This document shows, one piece after another, positions 1 through 8,146 of a stretch of 64,000 nt of DNA. The notes under the pieces were generated by a model, which ran no database searches, was not told where the DNA came from, and saw only the letters and a list, made by a program, of their open reading frames with translations. The position numbers and the translations under genes were made by a program. The stretch comes from Deltaproteobacteria bacterium. Lineage in GTDB: Bacteria > Myxococcota_A > Polyangia > Polyangiales > Houyiibacteriaceae. The stretch covers positions 2,853 through 66,852 of the forward strand of contig JAADHO010000298.1 of assembly GCA_013151775.1 (NCBI GenBank). The letters run 5' to 3'. Within the stretch, counting starts at the first letter, position 1, and each line of letters opens with the position of its first letter.

Positions 1-1212
1 GTGGTCGTGCGCTGGGCTCCGCGCTGGGTCTTGCAGGCACGCGAGACGGAAGTGGGCGCGGTGCAGCGCTTCTGGCATCGGGTGGACGAGTTGCCCATGA
101 CGCTGCGGCTCTCCCTCGACGCCGACAGGCTGATGAAGGGACGAATCGGCGTTCACCTGGCCACCTGGGGGACCCTCGACCTGACCGTGGACACGGAGGG
201 CGGGATCGCCGCTGGAGACGTAGCCCTGGGGTACGTCGACGCGCGTCTGGGCAAGGCGAAGGTCTGGCTCGGCCGGCGCTTCATCACCTGGGGACCGCCC
301 GGTGGACTGCATCTGGACGGTGCCGGCGCCGACGTGGACATCTCTCACGGCTTCTCGGTCGAGGCGTTCGCGGGGCGGCCCGTGGTCTCTCGCATGCTCA
401 CGAGCACCGGCGCTTCGGGGAACCTCACGCAGCCGACGGGCGCCTACGGAGGGCGCGTGTCCTGGGTTCGAGCCGGCTTTGCCTCGGCGAGCGCCGCCTA
501 CGTGCAGCGCTGGTCCCATGGACTCGAGACGGACCGCGTGGTCGACGTGGACTTCTCCGCAAGGCCCTCGAACTGGGCCGACCTGAACGGCGGCGCCACC
601 TGGGATGTGCGCACGTCGCGCCCGACACAGGCGCAGATCGGAGTGGATCTGGTCGCCCATCGCGCCTTCCGCTTGCTGGTCCTCGGGAGCTACGTCGACC
701 CGCGCGCGCTGCTCCCCGATTGGTCGGTCCTGAAGGCCTTCTCCAGCATGCTCTACACAGAGGCGGCGCTCGGCGGCACCCTGCGTGTCAGCAACGGTGT
801 TCATCTGCGGGTCGAGGGCGCCTACCGGCGCAGCTGGCAACCCGATCGACAGGACGGAGAGACGCTCAACGGCTATCGCATCGACGCCTATGTTCGGGGT
901 GTGCCCTGGGGAGGGCGGCCGGGTTATCGCGTGATGGTTTCACGCCGTGACGATGGCGCCATGGGCTACACCCTGGTGCAGGCTGCGGTCGCCTTCGAGA
1001 CGACTCGAGATCTTCAGCTGGCGGTCGAGCTCTCGGCGGCCTTCGACGACGCGCTGGAACGCGAGGCCTACGTAGGGCGCTTGTCGGGAGAGTATCGCGT
1101 CGCCTCCGCGTGGACCGTCGGAGCGGCGCTGGACGTCTCCCGCACACCCACCGCGGACGCAGAGGTGCGTGGCTTGCTTCGGGCGGTTTATCGCCGGGGA
1201 GTGTCCCAATGA
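1..1212 (+). CDS. putative outer-membrane beta-barrel (porin-like) protein, possibly 5'-truncated by the window edge; first gene of the multiheme cytochrome operon
   Basis: The frame is open from base 1 (GTG) to a stop at 1210-1212. Composition is balanced, unlike the Arg/Pro-rich shadow frames. Many amphipathic strand-like segments are present (YTLVQAAVAFETTRDLQLAVELSAAF, AYVGRLSGEYRVASAWTVGAALDV). The stop overlaps the next start (ATGA at 1209-1212). The barrel/porin role is inferred from sequence pattern and context only. Confidence 0.45.
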   Translation: MVVRWAPRWVLQARETEVGAVQRFWHRVDELPMTLRLSLDADRLMKGRIGVHLATWGTLDLTVDTEGGIAAGDVALGYVDARLGKAKVWLGRRFITWGPPGGLHLDGAGADVDISHGFSVEAFAGRPVVSRMLTSTGASGNLTQPTGAYGGRVSWVRAGFASASAAYVQRWSHGLETDRVVDVDFSARPSNWADLNGGATWDVRTSRPTQAQIGVDLVAHRAFRLLVLGSYVDPRALLPDWSVLKAFSSMLYTEAALGGTLRVSNGVHLRVEGAYRRSWQPDRQDGETLNGYRIDAYVRGVPWGGRPGYRVMVSRRDDGAMGYTLVQAAVAFETTRDLQLAVELSAAFDDALEREAYVGRLSGEYRVASAWTVGAALDVSRTPTADAEVRGLLRAVYRRGVSQ

Positions 1213-2312
1213 TTCGCAGCCTGTTCTCGGAGGTCGCAGACCGCAGCGTCCCGTGGCTCTCGTCGGTGGTGCTGCTCGCAGGCCTGCTCTTCGGAGCGGG
1301 CGCGTGCTCCCATCAGGAGGGCCCGGCGCGCGATCACATCAAGTTCTCCCACGGCTCGCACATGGTCTTGGGCGCCTCGTGTCTCGTCTGCCACGGAGAG
1401 GCGGCCAGCCCCGACGCCGGCACGGGCGCCGTAGGGCGTCCCCTGATGCCCGCGGAGGACACCTGCAAGGGCTGCCACATGGAGGGCGAGCAGGCCGCGT
1501 GCACGTATTGCCACACGGATCCCGCCCACCCGAGCACCTACATGCCTTCCGATCGGGACACGCGCTGGCGCCACTCTACACACCAGGCTCCGCAGCGAGG
1601 TCAGTGCCAGCGCTGTCATCGCAGCGTCGGCTCGGAGGAGACGGTGGCCGGCTACAGGCCCGATGTGCCCGACATGGCCACCTGTCTAGGCTCGTGTCAT
1701 CAGCAGCAGGTGCGCTCCTTCGACTGTGCCTATTGTCATCGGGACCTCAGCCGCTTCCGCATGGACCAGGTGTCTAGCGTCGACCATGGATCGGGCTGGG
1801 TCAGGCGCCATGGGCGCCACGCCAGGCAGGACGCCAACCTGTGCACGCAATGCCACGAGCCCACCTTCTGTAGCGACTGCCATGAGGCGTCCGTGGGCGC
1901 ACCCCTCGAGCTGCGTGAGCCCATGCGTGTGTACCGTGACTTCGTCCATCGGGACGACTTCCTCTCGCGGCATCCCGAGGAGGCGCGCCTCGAGCGCGGC
2001 ATGTGCGCACGCTGCCACGGCGTGAGCTACTGTGACGACTGCCATCGGCAGCGCGGCATCGGTGGATCGGTCGCCCCGGGCAGCCCTCATCCCCCCGGCT
2101 GGCTCGACCCGACCTCCGCCAACGGGCACGCGCGCTCCGCCCGACGGGACATCACTCTCTGCGCCGCCTGTCACGAGTCGGACGCGGACACCCTGTGTGC
2201 GGCTTGCCATCGCGTCGGTGGCCCCGCCGGCATCAACCCACATCCACCTGGCTTCGCGGCCGGGCGAGATCCTCTGGCTCACGCCGTCTGTCGGGTCTGT
2301 CACCTACGATGA
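1209..2312 (+). CDS. dodecaheme c-type cytochrome, probable lipoprotein
   Basis: ATG at 1209 sits in an ATGA overlap with the upstream stop. The N-terminus MIRSLF..VVLLAGLLFGAGAC looks like a signal peptide with a lipobox-like Cys. There are 12 CxxCH motifs (CLVCH, CKGCH, CTYCH, CQRCH, CAYCH, CTQCH, CSDCH, CARCH, CDDCH, CAACH x2, CRVCH) plus one CxxxCH (CLGSCH). Motifs are tightly paired, e.g. CTQCHEPTFCSDCH. Confidence 0.9.
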   Translation: MIRSLFSEVADRSVPWLSSVVLLAGLLFGAGACSHQEGPARDHIKFSHGSHMVLGASCLVCHGEAASPDAGTGAVGRPLMPAEDTCKGCHMEGEQAACTYCHTDPAHPSTYMPSDRDTRWRHSTHQAPQRGQCQRCHRSVGSEETVAGYRPDVPDMATCLGSCHQQQVRSFDCAYCHRDLSRFRMDQVSSVDHGSGWVRRHGRHARQDANLCTQCHEPTFCSDCHEASVGAPLELREPMRVYRDFVHRDDFLSRHPEEARLERGMCARCHGVSYCDDCHRQRGIGGSVAPGSPHPPGWLDPTSANGHARSARRDITLCAACHESDADTLCAACHRVGGPAGINPHPPGFAAGRDPLAHAVCRVCHLR

Positions 2313-3511
2313 CCAAGGTCGGTTTCAGTCTCTTGCTCGCGGTCGCCCTGACTGCGCCGCTCTTGACCCGCCCGGCCCGGGCGGAGGAGACATGCATCCT
2401 CTGCCATCGACAGCTTCGTGAGGCTCGACTGCGTCGGCCCGCGGTCGAGTGGCCGACCAGCATCCACGCACAAGAGGAGGTCTCCTGCGTGCTCTGTCAC
2501 GGCGGCAACGGTGAGGACGAGACGGTCAGCGCTCATGATCCCGACAGTGGTTTCATCGGACGTCTCAGCCCCATGCAGCAGGCGGAGCGCTGCGGCGGCT
2601 GTCACGGATCCACCGAGGGCGATCACGCTCCGGACGAGGCTAGCGATGCCTGGGCGCAGTGGCGGCAGAGCGCCCACGGGCGAGCTGCGGAGGCGGGCTC
2701 CTTCGCGCCGGGCTGTGCTGACTGTCACGGCGCTCACGCGGTTCATGAGGTGACCGATCCGCGGGCGACGGTAAGTCGCGCCAACGTGGTCGAGACCTGC
2801 GCCTATTGCCACGCGGATCCCGGGCTGATGGCGGACACGACGCTGCCCGACGATCAGTACGACCAATACATCGAGAGCGTCCACGGCCGGAAGCTCGCCG
2901 AGGGAGACCCCGACGTGCCCACCTGCGCCGATTGTCACGACGCCCACGGCGCGCGTCACGGCACGGAGGCGGCGGCCACGGGCTGCAAGCATTGCCACGA
3001 AGAGATCGGCGCAGCCTTCGATCGGGGCCGACACCACGAGGTGTTCGCGAACTACGGCTTCGTGGATTGCGTCGAGTGCCACGGCAGTCACGAGGTGGCC
3101 GAGCCCGGCGCCTGGCTGATCGGCGGTGGCGCCCAAGCGGCGTGTCGACGCTGTCACGGGCGCGGTCAGGAGGTCTTCGACAAGGTGCGTAAGCTGGGCG
3201 TGGACGTGAACCGAGCCGAACAGGCGCTCGCTGCGGCGAGTGACGAGAAGCGCCAGGAGCTCGAGGAGACGCGCCGAGGCATGGTGTTGGCGCTGCACGC
3301 GCTCGACATCGACGGCGTGAGCGGCGCAGCGGATCGGATCGTGAGCAGCGTAGGTCCGGTCGACACGACAGACGCACAGGCAGCCCCGTCGAGCCATCAG
3401 CCCGCCCACGCTGGGCGCGCTTTCTGGAGTGCCGTGGTTCTGGGTGGGCTCTTCTTGCTGACGCTCCTGGGGGGCGTGCTCGTGGGGCGCGCGCGCAGGA
3501 GGCGCTCATGA
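2309..3511 (+). CDS. nonaheme c-type cytochrome with N-terminal signal peptide and C-terminal TM anchor
   Basis: ATG at 2309 sits in an ATGA overlap with the upstream stop. The signal peptide is MTKVGFSLLLAVALTAPLLTRPARA. There are 9 CxxCH motifs (CILCH, CVLCH, CGGCH, CADCH x2, CAYCH, CKHCH, CVECH, CRRCH). The C-terminus is a hydrophobic helix followed by a basic tail (AFWSAVVLGGLFLLTLLGGVLVGRARRRRS). Confidence 0.9.
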   Translation: MTKVGFSLLLAVALTAPLLTRPARAEETCILCHRQLREARLRRPAVEWPTSIHAQEEVSCVLCHGGNGEDETVSAHDPDSGFIGRLSPMQQAERCGGCHGSTEGDHAPDEASDAWAQWRQSAHGRAAEAGSFAPGCADCHGAHAVHEVTDPRATVSRANVVETCAYCHADPGLMADTTLPDDQYDQYIESVHGRKLAEGDPDVPTCADCHDAHGARHGTEAAATGCKHCHEEIGAAFDRGRHHEVFANYGFVDCVECHGSHEVAEPGAWLIGGGAQAACRRCHGRGQEVFDKVRKLGVDVNRAEQALAAASDEKRQELEETRRGMVLALHALDIDGVSGAADRIVSSVGPVDTTDAQAAPSSHQPAHAGRAFWSAVVLGGLFLLTLLGGVLVGRARRRRS

Positions 3512-5730
3512 GCCCGCGTCACAGAACGTCCGCGCTGAAGCTCGCAGCTTGGTTCTTCGTCTTGGGCGCCTCGGGTGCGGGCGCGCTCTTTGCAGGGCGT
3601 CTGGCAATTCGCGCCGAGGTTCACCATTCGAACGAGTTCTGCGTCGGTTGTCATTCGGCGGCCCCCGCCCATCTGGGAGACCACTCCGATATCGCCTGTG
3701 CGGAGTGCCACGCGATCCCGCAGGGTCAGGAGACCTGGCTCTGGTTCGCCGAAGTGCGTGGTAGCCAGGCTGCTCCGGAGCACGGTGCGGTCGAGGACGG
3801 CGGCTGCAAGAGCTGCCATCAGAGGGACGCAGACGCGTGGACAGACCTGAGCACCTCGAGCGGACACGCTACCCACGCAGACCTGGTCGCGTGTACGCGT
3901 TGTCACGACGGGTCGCTGCACGGCCAACAGGATCCGGACGAGGCCTGCACCTCCTGTCACGAGGCCCCGAACTCCGAGGAGCCCACTGCGGGCGTGGCCT
4001 GCACGACCTGCCACAACTTCGCCGCGGCGCCGTCATTCATCGCCCTCGGAGATCAAGAACGTCGCCGTCCCGACGCCGCCCCCGGAGACGAGCCCGTGGT
4101 CGACGCGTCCCGGCTTCACGGCACCGTGGAGTGCGGTCGTTGTCACGACCCGCATCGGCCCGATCCGACCGGCGAGGTCGCCGCGGACTGCGAGGGCTGT
4201 CACCGGGTGGACCTGCCGGAGCAGGTGGCGGGCGGACCTTCGGGACACCAGAACTGCCGCGGCTGTCACGACATCCATGGCCCGATGGCGCAGCCCGCCG
4301 TCGAGTGCATCCAATGTCACCGCATGCCCAACGGACGTAGCGGGACGCAATGGGAGATCTCCCCCACACCCGTGCCGGAGGTCGAGCGTGCACGTCTGCG
4401 CGCGTCGATCAGCCACGAGGCGCAATGCCAGCGCTGCCACAAGCCTCACACCTGGGTCGCGGACGCGACGCGTTGCGCGGAGTGCCACGAAGAGAAGGTG
4501 AACTCCATCGCGCAGATGCCGCCTGAGAGTCATGGCAACTGCCTGGGTTGTCATGACCCGCATCGGGCGCCGCCCACGACTAAGATCTGCGCGAACTGCC
4601 ACCAGGACAAGACGCGCGCAGTCCGCGCGGCGCGGCCCGCTCGGCACCGCGATTGCACCAGCTGTCACGATCCTCACCAGCGCAAGCCCGCGGCCAATCG
4701 CGTCTGTGGTTCCTGTCACGCCGCGCCCCACGGGCAGCTTCAGAATCAGCCCGCCCAGCACCGCAACTGCGTCTCGTGCCACAACCCGCACGGGAACCCG
4801 CTGCGCGGAGCTCAGAGCGCGTGTGCTCGATGCCATCGGGAGAAGAGCCAGGCGCTGGCCCGCGCCGGTCGGGCCGTGCCTCGGCAGCATCGCTGCGCCA
4901 ACTGTCACGTCCCGCACCAGTTCGCGCCCGCCACCAACGCCCTGCGGCGCTGCTCTTCCTGTCACGCACAGCCGAGCGCGGCCAGCGCCAATCACAGGGA
5001 CACCTGCACGAACTGCCATACGCCGCACCAGGCGCCCATGGGCAGGGCGGCCAACTGTGCGGGCTGTCATCAGGCTGTGCGTCCCGCGGTCCGCGGGCAT
5101 CAGCAGTGCAACCGCTGCCACCGGCCCCACCGCAAGGCGGAGGCGGCCCTGGGGCAGTGCCGCAGCTGCCACGCCTCCGAGGTGCGCGCGCTCGCGAGTT
5201 GGCCCTCGGGCTCACCCCACCGCGGTCAGTGTGCGCGTTGCCACACGCCCCACAACGAGGGGCGCATCGCGGCCTGCTCTAGCTGCCACCAGGATCACCA
5301 GAACCGCCGCCACATGGGGGTCCACCGCCAGTGCACGGGCTGCCACAAGCCGCACCGACCGCGCCCGGCGAACAGCGATTGGCAGAGCCGCTGCGGAGAC
5401 TGTCATCGGGCGCAGGCCGCCGGAGTCGCGCGCTCGAGTGGCACCCACACACGCTGCAAGAACTGCCATCAGGTGCCCGGGCCGCCCCTGCCGACCTGCG
5501 CAGGCTGCCACGAGAACCAGAGGAGTCGGCTGCTGCACTCCGTGCCTCAGCACGGCACCTGCAGCACCTGCCACGAAGACCACAGCAACGCACCGCCCAC
5601 CCGGCGGAACTGCACCCACTGTCATAGGGATCGTCAGAACCATTTCCCCGACGCCCAGACGTGTCAGAGCTGCCACCCCTTCCGGCCCGGCGCGCCCGTA
5701 CGCATGCGCGGCGGACGAGCCGGGCGCTGA
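3508..5730 (+). CDS. giant 33-heme c-type cytochrome with N-terminal TM helix and NapC/NirT-like first heme motif
   Basis: ATG at 3508 sits in an ATGA overlap with the upstream stop. The N-terminal TM is LKLAAWFFVLGASGAGALFAG, followed by HHSNEFCVGCHS. I counted 33 CxxCH motifs by hand. About ten have the form CxxCH-x-PH (CGRCHDPH, CQRCHKPH, CLGCHDPH, CTSCHDPH, CVSCHNPH, CANCHVPH, CTNCHTPH, CNRCHRPH, CARCHTPH, CTGCHKPH), arranged in roughly 35-40 aa diheme modules. Confidence 0.9.
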   Translation: MSPRHRTSALKLAAWFFVLGASGAGALFAGRLAIRAEVHHSNEFCVGCHSAAPAHLGDHSDIACAECHAIPQGQETWLWFAEVRGSQAAPEHGAVEDGGCKSCHQRDADAWTDLSTSSGHATHADLVACTRCHDGSLHGQQDPDEACTSCHEAPNSEEPTAGVACTTCHNFAAAPSFIALGDQERRRPDAAPGDEPVVDASRLHGTVECGRCHDPHRPDPTGEVAADCEGCHRVDLPEQVAGGPSGHQNCRGCHDIHGPMAQPAVECIQCHRMPNGRSGTQWEISPTPVPEVERARLRASISHEAQCQRCHKPHTWVADATRCAECHEEKVNSIAQMPPESHGNCLGCHDPHRAPPTTKICANCHQDKTRAVRAARPARHRDCTSCHDPHQRKPAANRVCGSCHAAPHGQLQNQPAQHRNCVSCHNPHGNPLRGAQSACARCHREKSQALARAGRAVPRQHRCANCHVPHQFAPATNALRRCSSCHAQPSAASANHRDTCTNCHTPHQAPMGRAANCAGCHQAVRPAVRGHQQCNRCHRPHRKAEAALGQCRSCHASEVRALASWPSGSPHRGQCARCHTPHNEGRIAACSSCHQDHQNRRHMGVHRQCTGCHKPHRPRPANSDWQSRCGDCHRAQAAGVARSSGTHTRCKNCHQVPGPPLPTCAGCHENQRSRLLHSVPQHGTCSTCHEDHSNAPPTRRNCTHCHRDRQNHFPDAQTCQSCHPFRPGAPVRMRGGRAGR

Positions 5731-5737
5731 GGAGGAC

Positions 5738-8017
5738 TCAGGCGGGGAGCTTCGCGGCCCGCAGACTGAGGACGGCGATGCCTCCCTCGGTGCGGATCCC
5801 GACGCGCAGGTGGTCGGCATCGTTGGCGGGCGTCCACAGGGCCTCGCCTCCCTCGCCATCGACGGCGCCTTCAGCCTCCCAGCGGGCGCTGAAGTTCGCG
5901 GACACGCCGCCGACGCGCACACGCACGGACTCGCCCTCGCGCTCGACGATCAGCCGCGGCCGGGGAGGCGCGTAGAGAGCGACGGCGCGGCTGCGCTCGG
6001 CGCCCACGGGGGAGGTGTCGCGCCACTGGTCGATCAGTCGGCGGACGGGCACATCCGGCGTCAAGGCGGCGCCCGCGTCTGAAGGTGCGGGATCCACGAC
6101 CATACCGGCGTCGGCGGGTGGCGGGTCGACGACGCTGGCGTCCATGCTGGCGTCGCTGCCTGCGTCCGTCACGCCTGCGTCGGGCGGCAGAGGATCGCTG
6201 ATGCCGACGTCCATCCCAGCGTCCGCCGGCGCCGGGTCGACCACGTTGACGTCCATGCCGGCGTCCATGGGCGGTGGGTCGACGACGGTGGCGTCCATGC
6301 CCGAGTCGGGTGGAGGCGGGTCGACCGAGGTGGGCCCGTTGCCGCACGCCGTGGCGGAGAGCGCTAGCGTCGCGCTCAAGGCCGCGCTCATGGTCATGCG
6401 CCCCACGCCCGCTGAGTTCTTCTTGGCCTCATCGGCGAGCCTCGGCGGGATCGCACGCGTCGTGGCCTCGACGTCGTCCATCTCTTCGTGCCACTCGGCG
6501 TCCGCGGCTGCGATGCGCATGCCGAGGTCCGCGGTCGCGCGTGCGACGCCGTCGCTGTCATCCACATCGAGCCTCTCGGCGAGCTCGATAGCCTGCTCGA
6601 GGAAGTCCGCTGTCTGCTCGGCGATGGCCCGGGAGAGGCCGCGCGCACGTCGCGTCACGTGGCGTACGCTGGGGTGCTCCGCGCCGAAGAAGTGCTCGAG
6701 CACCTTGGCCAGATAGCCCAAGCCCATGTAGCGGTTGCCCACACCGCCCGGAGCGAAGTTGCGCTCTCGGAAGGCCGCCGCGGAGATGCGAAAGAGCAGC
6801 TCCGAGCGAGGATCTTCGAGCCGATAGTCGTAGCCCAGGTAGCTGCCGCTGAGCGTGCCTCGCGCTTCGAGATCGCGCATCAGCGGCGTGCCATAGTAGG
6901 GCTCGGCGCGACAGAAGTTGAAGGGGTGGTCGAGGTGCTCGCGCACGAAGGCGACGTTCTCGCGCACGTCCTCGAGACGCGTGTCGGGCTCGAAGACCAG
7001 CAGGTTGTAGCAGGTGAAGATGCCCGCCTCGGCGCAGGCCGCGAGGGCGCGTCCCACGCTCTCCTGTTGGGTGCCGCGTCGCAGATGCTTGCCGCCCGCC
7101 TCGGAGGCGTTCTCCACGCCCACGTAGAGGCGGATCACGCCGAGGTCGGCCAAGGCGTGCGCCAACTCCACGGTCAGTGTGTCGGGGCGGCACTTGCCGA
7201 CGATGCCCAGCTCGCCCACGCCTCGTGCGTCGAGCTCGGCGCGGATCGCGCGCATGCGCTCGAGCGTCGCCTCGGGCTTCGGCAAGAGCAGGTTGTCGTC
7301 GTGGAAGCAGAAGATGCTCGGCCCCGCCTGCTTCCACAGCCCCGCGATCTCGTCTGCGATGTTCGCGGGGCTGCGCAGCCGGAAGCTCGCGCCGCCGGTC
7401 TGGGATCGTGCGTCGCGGTAGCCCGTGGTGATGGAGCAGTAGGCGCAGCGACCCCAGCAGCCGCGACCGGCCATGATCGGAATGAAGGGCACGCCGAGGT
7501 GGCGGGCGTGGGCCCGGTAGCGTTTGGGGAAGGGCAGGGCGTCGAGGTCGGTGGCGAGGGGGCGCAGCTCCGTGCGCATGGCGACGCCGTCGTCCGAGAG
7601 CAGAGCGAGACCCGCCACCTCACGCAGATCGCCGCCCGTGTTCAGTGCCTCGAGCAGCGCCGCGAAGCTCGCCTCCCCGTCGTGCAGGATCACGCTGTCC
7701 ACACCGTGGCTACGTTCGAGCACCTCGCGGTAGGCCAAGGACGGGAACTGCCCGCCGCTGCTGATGTGGCCCGTGTAGCCGGCTTCGCGCAGCATGCGCG
7801 CGAGCGAGAGGAAGTCGTGGGTGCGATGTTGAAACTGCATCGAGAGCCCCACTAACTCGGGGGAGTCGGCCGCTATCTGTCGGGCCAAGTCGGGTGCGCG
7901 CGCCCCGCTGTCGAAGGGATGGATGGAGACCTCGTGTCCCGCCCTCTCGGCGATGGCGGCGAGCATCCCCGCCCCCAGGTTCTCTTCCAGATCCGCACAG
8001 ATGAGCGCGATACGCAT
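5738..8017 (-). CDS. B12-binding-domain radical SAM protein continuing in frame into a lipoprotein-like C-terminal module
   Basis: ATG at 8017 is preceded by TAGGAGGTCAGCT (GGAGG Shine-Dalgarno). The N-terminus MRIALICADLEENLGAG..VGLSMQF resembles a B12-binding domain. The radical-SAM cluster motif is GRGCWGRCAYCS (CxxxCxxC). From an internal ATG at 6397 the same frame reads MTMSAALSATLALSATAC, then DPPPxDAGMD repeats, then a beta-rich domain. Confidence 0.8.
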   Translation of the reverse strand: MRIALICADLEENLGAGMLAAIAERAGHEVSIHPFDSGARAPDLARQIAADSPELVGLSMQFQHRTHDFLSLARMLREAGYTGHISSGGQFPSLAYREVLERSHGVDSVILHDGEASFAALLEALNTGGDLREVAGLALLSDDGVAMRTELRPLATDLDALPFPKRYRAHARHLGVPFIPIMAGRGCWGRCAYCSITTGYRDARSQTGGASFRLRSPANIADEIAGLWKQAGPSIFCFHDDNLLLPKPEATLERMRAIRAELDARGVGELGIVGKCRPDTLTVELAHALADLGVIRLYVGVENASEAGGKHLRRGTQQESVGRALAACAEAGIFTCYNLLVFEPDTRLEDVRENVAFVREHLDHPFNFCRAEPYYGTPLMRDLEARGTLSGSYLGYDYRLEDPRSELLFRISAAAFRERNFAPGGVGNRYMGLGYLAKVLEHFFGAEHPSVRHVTRRARGLSRAIAEQTADFLEQAIELAERLDVDDSDGVARATADLGMRIAAADAEWHEEMDDVEATTRAIPPRLADEAKKNSAGVGRMTMSAALSATLALSATACGNGPTSVDPPPPDSGMDATVVDPPPMDAGMDVNVVDPAPADAGMDVGISDPLPPDAGVTDAGSDASMDASVVDPPPADAGMVVDPAPSDAGAALTPDVPVRRLIDQWRDTSPVGAERSRAVALYAPPRPRLIVEREGESVRVRVGGVSANFSARWEAEGAVDGEGGEALWTPANDADHLRVGIRTEGGIAVLSLRAAKLPA
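6071..6325 (-). repeat. imperfect tandem coding repeats (about 30-40 nt units) encoding a (V)DPPPxDAGMD linker
   Basis: The peptide reads VDPPPPDSGMDATVVDPPPMDAGMDVNVVDPAPADAGMDVGISDPLPPDAGVTDAGSDASMDASVVDPPPADAGMVVDPAPSDAG. At DNA level, 'gtcgac(c/g)ac..gcgtccatgcc' units recur. Confidence 0.8.
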
Positions 8018-8146
8018 AGCTGACCTCCTAGTCGATGTGTCAAGCCTCAGCCGAAGGCATGTCGGGGTGTTGATTCTGCGCAATTGACAGATCGAGGCTA
8101 AGGTGCTGGCTCACACCATTCCCGCGCGGAGTGCCAGTCGCTGACG

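Noticed and set aside
4033-5172. Antisense and alternate-frame ORFs inside the 33-heme gene (4033-5172 -, 4532-6082 +, 4580-5215 -).
   Set aside because: The frame starting at 3508 has 33 regularly spaced CxxCH motifs. The others are Arg/Ala/Pro-rich with no heme motifs.
6071-6325. Tandem DNA repeats initially considered as a possible CRISPR-like or minisatellite element.
   Set aside because: The units are imperfect and contiguous with no spacers. They lie in frame within a coding region and encode a Pro/Asp/Ala/Gly linker.
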